64,000 bases of DNA from Octopus sinensis. Its lineage: Eukaryota. The position numbers and the translations under genes were made by a program. Of the stretch, positions 54,183 to 64,000 are shown in pieces (positions within the stretch are counted from its first letter, which is position 1; every line of letters starts with the position of its first letter). The stretch covers positions 99,572,001 to 99,636,000 of the forward strand of contig NC_043000.1 in assembly GCF_006345805.1 (NCBI RefSeq), written 5' to 3'. The notes beneath the pieces were generated by a model that searched no databases, was not told the DNA's origin, and saw nothing but the letters and a program-made list of their open reading frames with translations.

Positions 54183-54825
54183 CTGAAGTTATTTGAAAAA
54201 CCAACATCTACAACTGAGTACATATGAGTGTTTCACACATTGTCACAGCAGATGGAAGTGTATGTGTCATCAAGTAACAATACCTGAAAGACACACACTC
54301 ACAGATGCACTCAGAGATATACTTGCATATATGCACTCATACTATAACTTACACCTCCTCCACCTTGTATTGCACATAACACTTTCCAAATGGTCTCAAT
54401 GACCTCTAACATAAATTAGAAAGCTGTTGACAAGCTGGTGCAAATTCTTGTTAACAAAGCTCTTGATGAAGTTTCCAATGAAATGTCAAGATGAAATTTA
54501 TGCCTATCTTTTACCTTTGTCTTGTTTCAGTCATTAGAATGAAGTGATGCTGGAGCACCACCTTGTAAAATTAAGTACAAGGTGACAGCTCAGTAGAGAG
54601 AGAGAAGGAGAGAGGAAGAGGGCTGCTTTCACAGTCAGCTGGTGTGGCCCATTCTCTCTGGTAGTCGTCACTTCTTTGACGTTCCCCTGAGTGAGAGGTC
54701 CAAGTTGAAAGGTTCAAGAAGCTGTTATGACTACTCACAACTACAAATGCATCTAAAACAATATCACTGAAAGCATGGAAAAAGCTAATGTTTGCTTGTG
54801 AGTAATGGCTAAGCTTTGATGATGA

Positions 54826-54876
<51 letters not shown>

Positions 54877-56809
54877 CAATCCACTCAAAGAGCAGAATCG
54901 GCACATGAGGAGTATGAAGCAAACAACTCTTCTATATCTATCTGTCTGTCTACCTGTCAGTCTGTCTGTCTCATCATCATCATTGTTTAATGTCCACTTT
55001 TCCATGCTTGCATGGATCAGACTGAATTTATTGAGGTGGCTTTTCTACAGTAGGAAGCCTTTCCTGTTGCTATCTCTCACCTATTTCCAAGTATTGGAAA
55101 TATTTCCCAGGACCAGATATGCTTTTATGGAAGATTGGGAATAAAAGGCACTGCTGGTATGTTGATGATATTCATTTACAACTTTTACTTGATGCCAAGG
55201 CAAAAAGACAGTAAGAGTCACCACACATTTACTAAATCCACTCATAGGATTTTGGTCAACCCAGGGCTATACTAGAAGACACTTGCCCAAGGTACCATAC
55301 AATCAGACTTAATCTTAAATCTTGTGACATGCACACATACATGTATGCATACTCACACATACATGTATGCATACTCACACATACATGCATATCATCCTTT
55401 CATCATCATCATCATCATCATCGTTTAATGTCTGCCTTCCATGCTAGCATGGGTTGGACGATTTGACTGAGGTCTGGCAAACCAGATGGCTGCATCAGAC
55501 TCCAATCTGATCTGGCAGTGTTTCTACAGCTGGATGCCCTTCCTAACGCCAACCACTCTGAGAGTGTAGTGGGTGCTTTTACATGCCACCGGCAAGAGGG
55601 CTAGTCTTTTGCCTTTTATCTTTTACTTGTTCCAGCTATTAGAATAGCTATGTTGGGGCACTGCTTTGAAGAAATTTTGTTGAACAACTCAATTCCAATT
55701 CCAAACAAAACACACACATTATGTATGTGCGACTGATAATGTTTAACATTGCTAGAGATGCTTTTAATTTGTAATTTAATTTTCTTTCACACGTGCTATG
55801 CCCCAGCACATAAGCTAACAGGATTCACTCTATTTGCATATAAGTCATAGATCAGTGATTGACTTTGTTCGAGATGATCTTCGAGTACATTGTACTGATA
55901 AGCTGCAATTATGGTGAAATATCACTATCTACCATTCTTGTTGCCTGGTCTGTGACATTCAGGTGTTCTTTAATACTCAGCATCATTTAAGGAGCTTTCC
56001 CTGGACTCAAACCAATTTGGCATATAAACAAAACAAATACACTATGTGTGTGTGGCTGACACTACCATCATCATCATCATTTAACGTCCGTTGTCCATGC
56101 CAACCATTTTACAGAGTTTGCTAGGTGCATTTACATGGCCCTGCACAGGTGCTTTTATGTAGCACCACAAGGATGCTTTTATGTGGCACTACACAAGCAG
56201 TTTTACTTGGCACTGCATGGGCACTTCTACATGGCACCACCATGACGGCTTTATACCACTAGAGGAATCAGTCTTAAAACTTCTGCTGTGGAGAACAGGT
56301 TTCTTCAGTACAGCAAGGAACCAGACATCTCAATCCTTTGTCCTCTTTTCTTTTCTACTCAAGTCACAAGGCCCGAAATTTTTGGGGGAGGGAGCCAGTC
56401 ATGTAGATCGACCCCAGTATGCAACTGGTACTTAATTTATTGACCCTGAAAGACTGAAAAGCAAAGTTGACCTCGGTGGAATTTGATCTCAGAATGTAAC
56501 GACACACGAAATACCGCTAAACATTTCTGCGAGCTTGCCGCCAGTCCTTTGTCATCTTGCCTGAAAGGTTTATATGTATATACATATTTTTTTGGCCACA
56601 CCCCTCGAGCTGAAGCTATGAAAGAAAATATATATATGGTCTTGTGTAAGGTTTTCACTTATCAGATTCTGAAAGGCATTGGTCAGCCCAGGGTTATAGT
56701 AAAAGACACTTGCCAAAGGTGGTGGGCAGTCAAATTATCAAATTAATCTGAAAACCAGGAGGTTGCAAGAGGACTTCTTAACCCTAACTCTACCCAGGGA
56801 GGGAAAGAG

Positions 56810-56841
<32 letters not shown>

Positions 56842-57361
56842 ACACACTGCCAGACACCCTCAGAGATATGCATGTACATATGCACTCATACTACGACTTC
56901 TCTTTCTCCTCCTCCCTGTTTCTCACATAACGTTGGTGTTACATATTGTTTTCTTACAAAATATATCTCACACTTCATCATTCCTCCAACGCTCTCTATG
57001 AACTCACTATCTCTCCCTTTTTGCCACATTCTATCGTTCTCTCTCTGTCTGATTCTGTCTCTCTCACCTAATCTCTACTCCTCCTATGCACTCTTTCCTC
57101 AGTCTAGCTTTTTTTATTCCCTTACTCTCATGTTATCTCTCTCTCTCTTCTTTTTTTCTTGAGCATTTCTCAATATGCCCCCTCTTACTGCCTCTCCCAC
57201 ATACTCTCTCTCTCTCTCGCTTCCCATCCTACTCATATGCTGTCTCTCTCTCCTTTCCCTCTTATTGCTACTTAAAAAAAATTACTGATCCACCATTTTT
57301 CCATGTCACATATTCCCTCCACACACTTAATTTCTCCAGATACACATGCACACACAAACGT

Positions 57362-57406
<45 letters not shown>

Positions 57407-57565
57407 TACATATAAAGAAGCTATTATGAAGTAAAATTGTTTGTATTGGGTTCAATTCCTTTTGTATACCTTCTCTTCCTCTCCCTCTCTTTGTGTTTTA
57501 TGTATACATGTATAATGTCTTTATGTATATATGCATATACAGTTTTATATATATATATATACGTG

Positions 57566-57752
57566 CAGGTGGCACGTAAAAAGCACCCACTACACTCACG
57601 GAGTGGTTGGCGTTAGGAAGGGCATCCAGCTGTAGAAACATTGCCAGATTAGACTGGAGCCTGGTGCAGCCTTCTGGCTTCCCAGAACCCCGGTCGAACC
57701 GTCCAACCCATGCTAGCATGGAGAACGGACGTTAAACGATGATGATGATGAT
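57566..57752 (+). mobile_element. short, young RTE 3'-UTR copy
   Basis: Nearly identical to 24925-25120 and ends in (GAT)n. Confidence 0.85.
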
Positions 57753-58445
57753 ATGTGTGTGTGTGTGTGCGTGCGTGTGTATGTATATATGTATTATATA
57801 TATGTACATATGTATTTTTATGTATACAAGTATATACATATGTGTATTTATGTGTGTATATGTATTTATATATATACATGAGTGTTTGAATAATATGTGT
57901 GTGTGTGTGTATGCACACACACACACACACATACAAAGTCATGCAGGTTTGCTCTTATGAACACTCCCCTTTCTCCATGCTCATTCATATATTCTTGTTA
58001 TACCTACACCCTTCCACATTCTGCCTTGCAGCTATCATCCAACACCTTCCTCTTTCATGTCATTCTGTGTGTGTGTGTCTGTGTGTGTAAAGATATATAG
58101 ATATGTGTGTAGGTGTATATGCTGCCTTGAATTGACGCATATACTGTCACATACATATATATATATAAATATATATATGCATATAGGTGCAGCAATGGCT
58201 GTGTGGTAAAATGCTTGCTTCCCAACAGCATGGTTTCAGGTTTGGCTCCACCACATTGCACCTTGGGCAAGTGTCTTCTTACTATTGCCCTGGGCCAACC
58301 AATGCCTTGTGAGTGGATTTGGTCGATGGAAACTGAAGGCTACCTATAGTATATACATGTGTGTATAAATACATGCATACATATATATATATATATATAT
58401 ATTATAAATTCTTATATATTCCATCTTCCGTCTTTCATTTACCAC

Positions 58446-58479
<34 letters not shown>

Positions 58480-58702
58480 TGGTGGCCCAGTGGTTAGGGC
58501 AGCAGACTCACCGTCGTAGGAGTGTGGTTTCAATTCCCAGATTGGGCGTTGTGAGTGTTTATTGAGTGAAAACAACTAAAGCTCCACGAGGCTCCAGCAG
58601 GAGGTGATGGCGAACCCTGCTGTACTCTTTCACCACAACTTTCTCTCTTTCTTTCTGTTTCTGTTGTACCAGTATTTCAAAGGGCCAGCTTTGTCATACA
58701 TG

Positions 58703-58740
<38 letters not shown>

Positions 58741-58741
58741 C

Positions 58742-58777
<36 letters not shown>

Positions 58778-59035
58778 GTGTATATATATATATATATGTG
58801 TGTGTGTGTATATTTATGTGTATGTGTGTCTGTGGTTATCCTACCTCTGCCATCGTTTGGTAGCCGATGTTGGTTTATTTATGTCTCTGTAACCTAGAGG
58901 TTTGGCAAAAGAGGGCATTAGAATAAGTACTAGGCTTGCAAAGAATAGGTTGATTTCTTTAGCTAAATCCCTTTCAGGCGGTGCTCCAGCATAGCCGCAG
59001 TCAGATGACTGAAACACATGAACAAACATATATAT

Positions 59036-59154
59036 CCTTATAGCCATATCATGTTGAAAGCATCACTTCCCATCTGATCACCAAAGCTATGCAACGTTGA
59101 ACCTACTTAGTTTTTAGATGGGTAACCACTTGGGAAACCTAAGTGCTGTAAGCA
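59036..59154 (+). pseudogene. full-length 5S rRNA pseudogene
   Basis: 119 nt (CCTTATAGCCATATCATGTTGAAAGCA...GATCACCAAAGCTATGCAACG...TAGATGGGTAACCACTTGGGAAACCTAAGTGCTGTAAGCA) is collinear with metazoan 5S rRNA, including the A-box and C-box regions. It has many C>T/G>A changes and a downstream T-run. Confidence 0.88.
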
Positions 59155-60525
59155 TTCTCCTTTTTTTTTTTTTTTTTGCAAGGCAGTGCCCCTGCATGGC
59201 TGCAGTCTAATGACTGAAACAAGTAATTGGTAAATGATATATATATATATATATATGTAATGTATTCATTCATATTTGCACTATGCACTCATGCTACCAA
59301 TTTGTCTGTGTATCAGCTTTTAAATTCTATGAATGAAAAAAGGAAAAACTATATATATATAATATGAGATAGGGTGTGTTTGCATTACTTATAGTATGTG
59401 TAGATTCATTAAGAAACACTCCTACTTTTCATTCATAGAATTATGACTCATTTATGCACACATTCATATATATACACACACATGCATGCACATACAGTAA
59501 AATGAATGTGAATGCTAATGTTTTCAGTATATGTACTGTTTTGTTTTCTCAATTAGCCTATATTTGTTCTGTATAAAAATGCATGATATATAGGTGTGTG
59601 TGTGTGTGCATATACATATATCATATATATATACATACATAAACATACTCATACACACATATATACACACACACTAAAAATATATATATATATATATATA
59701 TAATGCATATATCTATGGCTTCAGCTATATCTGGTAATAAGTACCAGATTATTTAGGACTGCTGGCTCCTATAGGTCAATCCTCTCCGATGGGGTAATTT
59801 ATATCTCCTCTGCATTCCTGCTTTGTACCCTATAACTGTAGCCTAATCCCAGCATTTAAAAGTCCTTTCAGTATTTAGGATGTATGGTTAATTTACTTCT
59901 GTTTTCTTTTTTGGTTTTATTTTTGTGCTGTATGTTTTTAGTCTATGATTAAGGAGTAGTCACCATGATCTTTTGCAAGCTTCTAGGAGATGGGATAGTT
60001 TTATGGAAAGGAAAAAAAAAAGAGGAAATCACAATTTGTAGGGACTGGTTATTTGATGCTTGTGAGTACAACCCAAATGAAAGTCTATGCTTGCTAGGGT
60101 ATGTATATGTCACAGACTGAAGGAAAAGAAGCATTATGGGATCACGTGTCAGCTAGCTTACCCTTTGCCTACCCAAAACATTTTCATAATTTTGTTCTAA
60201 ACATCCATGCTTGTTTCTGAATTTTTAGTTCTCCATTGTTTCATTACTTCTGAGTAATTAACAAACTAGCTAGTCAAGAAAATCTTTTATATAATAATAA
60301 TGAAATTTTTGTATACAGTGCTCAGGTGCACCACAGCTTGTCAAAAAGTGCATATAAAGTATATGCAGTAATGTACAAATGTCGGGAAAGCGAACAGTGT
60401 ATGAGTCAGATACATGCTTGCGTGTGTATGGAGGGGAGAAAATCAGGTGTAGTGTTGGTGAATCTCAGGAAGCATGGAAGTTTTGAAGGATGCAGTATAA
60501 AAGATAAAAGCAGTGTTCATACTGG

Positions 60526-60638
60526 GAAGTAGTGTTTAATGCCACCTAAACACAGGTGTTCCCTAGGAACCAATGATACTAGCAGTATTGTTGATTCGTA
60601 GGGAACACCCATGTTTAGGCAGCATTAAATGCTACTTC
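60526..60638. repeat. 113-bp hairpin (55-bp arms, 3-nt loop)
   Basis: 60526-60580 is the reverse complement of 60584-60638 with about 10 mismatches, almost all transitions. Confidence 0.85.
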
Positions 60639-61436
60639 TGAGTAATACAAAGCCTTCCTTTCATAAGTTCCAAGTTACTTTGGTGGTCGAAAAAAATTAA
60701 AAAATGGGAATGTGTATGATATATGGTGCATGGATGCCAGGAAAATATACCCCATGTATCCTATGTGTGACACAGCACAAACAAAGGGCTAAGCAATTTT
60801 TTTCCCTACTTCAATAGCCCAGTCCACCTGACTAGGGGAAAACATTACTTGAAGCCAGTGGGGAGTTATTGTAAGCTGTTAGAGGACATAATTAAATACT
60901 GCTAGATGATTATTGTGCACCAACTCAATGGCTCAGTTTACTGAGCCATAAGAAGGCATCACTGAGCAGCTATTATCTTTCACCACTCTTGTTTCCTGAT
61001 GATACGACAGAGGTAGTAGCACTGTTAACTGAATACCTGATTCATTAATCTGCTGGGTTGAGTTGTATTCTGTCTACAGGGTTAGTTGCTAAATCTGAAG
61101 TCCAAAGATCTATCTTAATCTTCAACCCTGATTAATTGCTGACACTTTTATATTGCTTGAGTAAGGCCCTATCAGAATACTGTTCATGTATCTAAGACAA
61201 CATGGCAGTAACACACATACATGCATGCACACACACACATACATGCACACATCTTGGAAGACAACCATCATCATCATCAAGTGAAGGACACTGACAACTT
61301 GGGCTGTGATAATAGTCTTTCTGTAGCAGAAGTAGTGCACTCACTATAGTTACCCTTGTAGGATTTCCCTTGATGGTACTGCTGTGTGGACTGGAATGGT
61401 GTGAACTAAAAGGACACAATGTGCCAGCTGGACTAA

Positions 61437-61742
61437 GGATCGAAAACATGGCATACAGCACTTTGGTCTAAAACATTTTGGTCTAAACCACTTTAGTCTA
61501 AGACACTTTTGTCTAAAAGTATTTTTATCTAAAGACACTTTTCGTCTCAACATTTTCATCTAAAGGCAAATTAGATTATCAGAGTATAGTTATTTAGAGC
61601 ATTTACATTTTTTTTTTGAGAGTCTATAGACAAAATAGTTATTAGACCAAAGTAAGTTTAGACAAAAATGTCTTTAGACTATAGTGTATTTACACAAAAG
61701 TCACTTTAGACCAAAGTGTTTTAGACGCAAAATCCTAGATCC
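61437..61742. mobile_element. foldback-type MITE with ~15-bp tandem subrepeats in both arms
   Basis: The left half has about 7 CACTTTGGTCTAAAA-like units and the right half the inverted TTTAGACCAAAGTG-like units. The termini are GGATC...GATCC. Confidence 0.75.
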
Positions 61743-61950
61743 AAAAACATTCCCCCTCCTTTCTCAAAATACCTTGCCTTGCAAACTTGTCAAGCCATCC
61801 AACCCATGTCAGCATGGAGGACGGATGTTAAGTGATGATCATGATGATATATATATATATATAATATATATAATATATATAATATATATATATATTTTTA
61901 TTTTTTTAATTTTATCTAGTTTCAACTCACGAGCTGTGGCCATGCTGGGG

Positions 61951-62026
<76 letters not shown>

Positions 62027-62651
62027 GTACATTCATATGTATACATAGTACCCAAAACATACTCATTAGGTCATTCCCCTTCATATCCAAAACCAGTCTA
62101 TTCTGCTGCTCACAGTAATCCAATGAGGAAACATCTATATATTCACTTGACTTCCTAGAAATAGCAACCAAATCTAACTCATATCACACATTGGATAATG
62201 TAAACTACCTAAAGACATTTTAGTTGAACAAGGTAACACAGGATGGTCACAGCTGGAACATCTTTGTTCATAGGTTTGCTCAGCCAGGTTTGACCTGCAG
62301 CTAAACAAGAGGAGCTACAGGCATGCTATTTTTGTTTAATTATATCTACATTATTACAACAAGCCATACTCTCCTCCCATGACACATATAGTATGACCTC
62401 CTCCTGAGTCTACATTAAACACTTTGTGTAGTCTTTTGCTCATGGAACTGTGACCACGCCTGTTATTTCTGTTACCAGTCTTTACTGGAGATGTAACCCA
62501 CCTTTTATTTGTGTAACCATTCTTTCTCAGAGCTGCAACTCTACCATTATTTATATAATCATTCCTTCTTGGAGCTATGAACCAAATGTTATTTGTTTAT
62601 ATGATCTATGCAAGCAAGAATATATCTCCAACCAATGCCATCATTTTTCTT

Positions 62652-62725
62652 GCCTACGTGGCTCAGTTGGTAGAGCATTAGATTTTCAAATGTGAGGGTT
62701 GCAGGTTCATGTCCCTCTACGGGTG
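62652..62725 (+). pseudogene. tRNA-Lys(TTT)-like pseudogene
   Basis: GCCTACGTGGCTCAGTTGGTAGAGCATTAGATTTTCAAATGTGAGGGTTGCAGGTTCATGTCCCTCTACGGGTG aligns to eukaryotic tRNA-Lys(TTT) over its full length. The anticodon loop has an extra base and the acceptor stem is mispaired. Confidence 0.75.
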
Positions 62726-62738
62726 CAGCCTGTCTTTT

Positions 62739-62905
62739 AGGTGCAGGCATTGCTGCTGTGTGGTCAAGAATTTTGCTTCCCAACTGTATAGTTTTGGATT
62801 CACAACCACTGCATGAAACCTTAGACAAGCATTTACTATAAACTCGGGCCAACCAAAACCTTGTGAATAGATTTGGTAGATGGAAACTGAAAGGACCCTA
62901 TTGTA
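62739..62905 (+). mobile_element. SINE family B (5' half)
   Basis: AGGTGCAGGCATTGCTGCTGTGTGGTCAAG head through GGAAACTGAAAG. Confidence 0.8.
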
Positions 62906-62966
62906 TGTCTATACATACATGCTTTCATGCTTACATATATAAATATTTATACACACACACACACAC

Positions 62967-63011
<45 letters not shown>

Positions 63012-63639
63012 TATATGTATAGGCCAACACTACATAAAAAGTACTCCTGCAGGTGCTTTGTTAAAGAACCTGTACCAGTGCCATGTAAAAAGTACCTATG
63101 CTGGTGACATACAGAAGCACCTCTGCTGGCACCATGTAAAAGCACCCATGCCAGCACCATATAGACTGTAGTCAAGTTAGTGCCACATAAAAGTACCCTG
63201 TACTTTCTGTGAAATGGTTGGTGTGAGGAATGGCATCCAACCATAGAAACCATGCCAAAATAGAAGACTGGAGCCTGGTGCAGTCCTCTAGCTTGCCAGC
63301 TCCTGTCAAACAATCCAGTCCTTGCCAGCATGGAAAATGGACATTAAATGATGAGGATGATGATGGCAATGTTATATTACTGTCCCCTTGTCTTGACATC
63401 ACATGATAGTTGTAAGCAAGTGTTGCCATCATGCAGGCAGTGGCTTTCGTTTCCAATCTCCCATGAGAACATGTCTGGTCATGGAGAAATATTACTTTGG
63501 AAACAGGTGTGACTTGGCAACTGGAAGGACATCTGGTTAAAGAAAATCTATCTCAACAAATTCTGTTTGACCTATGCAAGCATTGGAAAGTGGTTGTTGA
63601 AAAGATGATGAAATTTATATATATATATATATATATATA

Positions 63640-64000
63640 CGAGCAAAACGCCCCCCCCCGTCCGATGGATGGTGTCGAGTTGTCAAACATTTAAACCAAA
63701 TTTTCTCAAAACAACTTGTCTCACCGTCCCATAGGCCTCCCCTTTGAGAAACACTGATTTAACCTAAACTTTAGACACCGTGCATTTTTCTCACATATGC
63801 ATAGTATTGATCGCAACAGCTGGTGTACTTGCCCGTACAAATGCACGTTCCCACGGCTTTATTGATTGCATTCTCACCTGGAATTGATTTTTGTAATTTT
63901 TTCAAGACTTATACACGCCCTGATACCGTCAGTATCTACATATCAAATTTGAGCGCAATCAGATGGAGGATGCCAAGATCCTAGAAGACACACACACATA
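63640..64000 (+). mobile_element. possible Helitron-like non-autonomous element (runs off the window end)
   Basis: Starts in (TA)n and ends CAAATTTGAGCGCAATCAGATG...ACACACACATA, a layout resembling DINE/HINE-type elements. Confidence 0.4.

Noticed and set aside
55810-55905. Minus-strand frame YQYNVLEDHLEQSQSLIYDLYANR, phase-compatible with the 54.1 kb exon candidate
   Set aside because: The acceptor is poor. The flanks read FTIIAAY.. and ..LG...ARV, matching RTE endonuclease motifs (TIISAYAP, LGDFNARV), so a decayed LINE is more likely.
59323-59442. 22-bp inverted repeats around a ~75-bp spacer (also a looser pair at ~52614-52758)
   Set aside because: Probably old MITEs. AT-rich, with no TSD or family evidence to support a call.
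60928-60949. Perfect 10-bp-arm palindrome ATGGCTCAGT-TT-ACTGAGCCAT
   Set aside because: Short enough to arise by chance or local template switching, with no other support.
61005-61050. CTGATGA...CTGA as a C/D snoRNA or hammerhead
   Set aside because: Too short for a snoRNA, with no terminal stem and no GAAA.

Overview
AT-rich eukaryotic DNA dominated by repeats. The SINE families and the 5S relic point to an octopod cephalopod, probably Octopus; this is an inference from recognised repeats, not a database hit. No host protein-coding gene can be named, and most of the supplied ORF track is noise from (TA)n/(CA)n/(TCTA)n microsatellites and SINEs. The window contains at least four tRNA-headed SINE families (labelled A, B, C, E here), including a stack of seven head-to-tail copies at 1.1-2.6 kb. 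It also has many RTE-clade LINE fragments, Penelope-like RT and GIY-YIG remnants, two decayed mariner transposases, a pogo/Tigger remnant, hAT- and mariner-derived MITEs and Helitron-like non-autonomous elements. Three Pol III gene relics are present (tRNA-Glu, tRNA-Lys, 5S rRNA), each abutting the same SINE family. The most interesting area is 44.4-46.8 kb, with several fold-back elements and three Penelope-type minimal hammerhead ribozyme motifs, one with a complete core. A few small minus-strand exon candidates may belong to a long-intron gene (low confidence). A 100-N gap, near-random sequence beside it and two indel-rich tandem duplications suggest local long-read assembly noise. Family assignments come from motif recall and manual translation; no searches were run.
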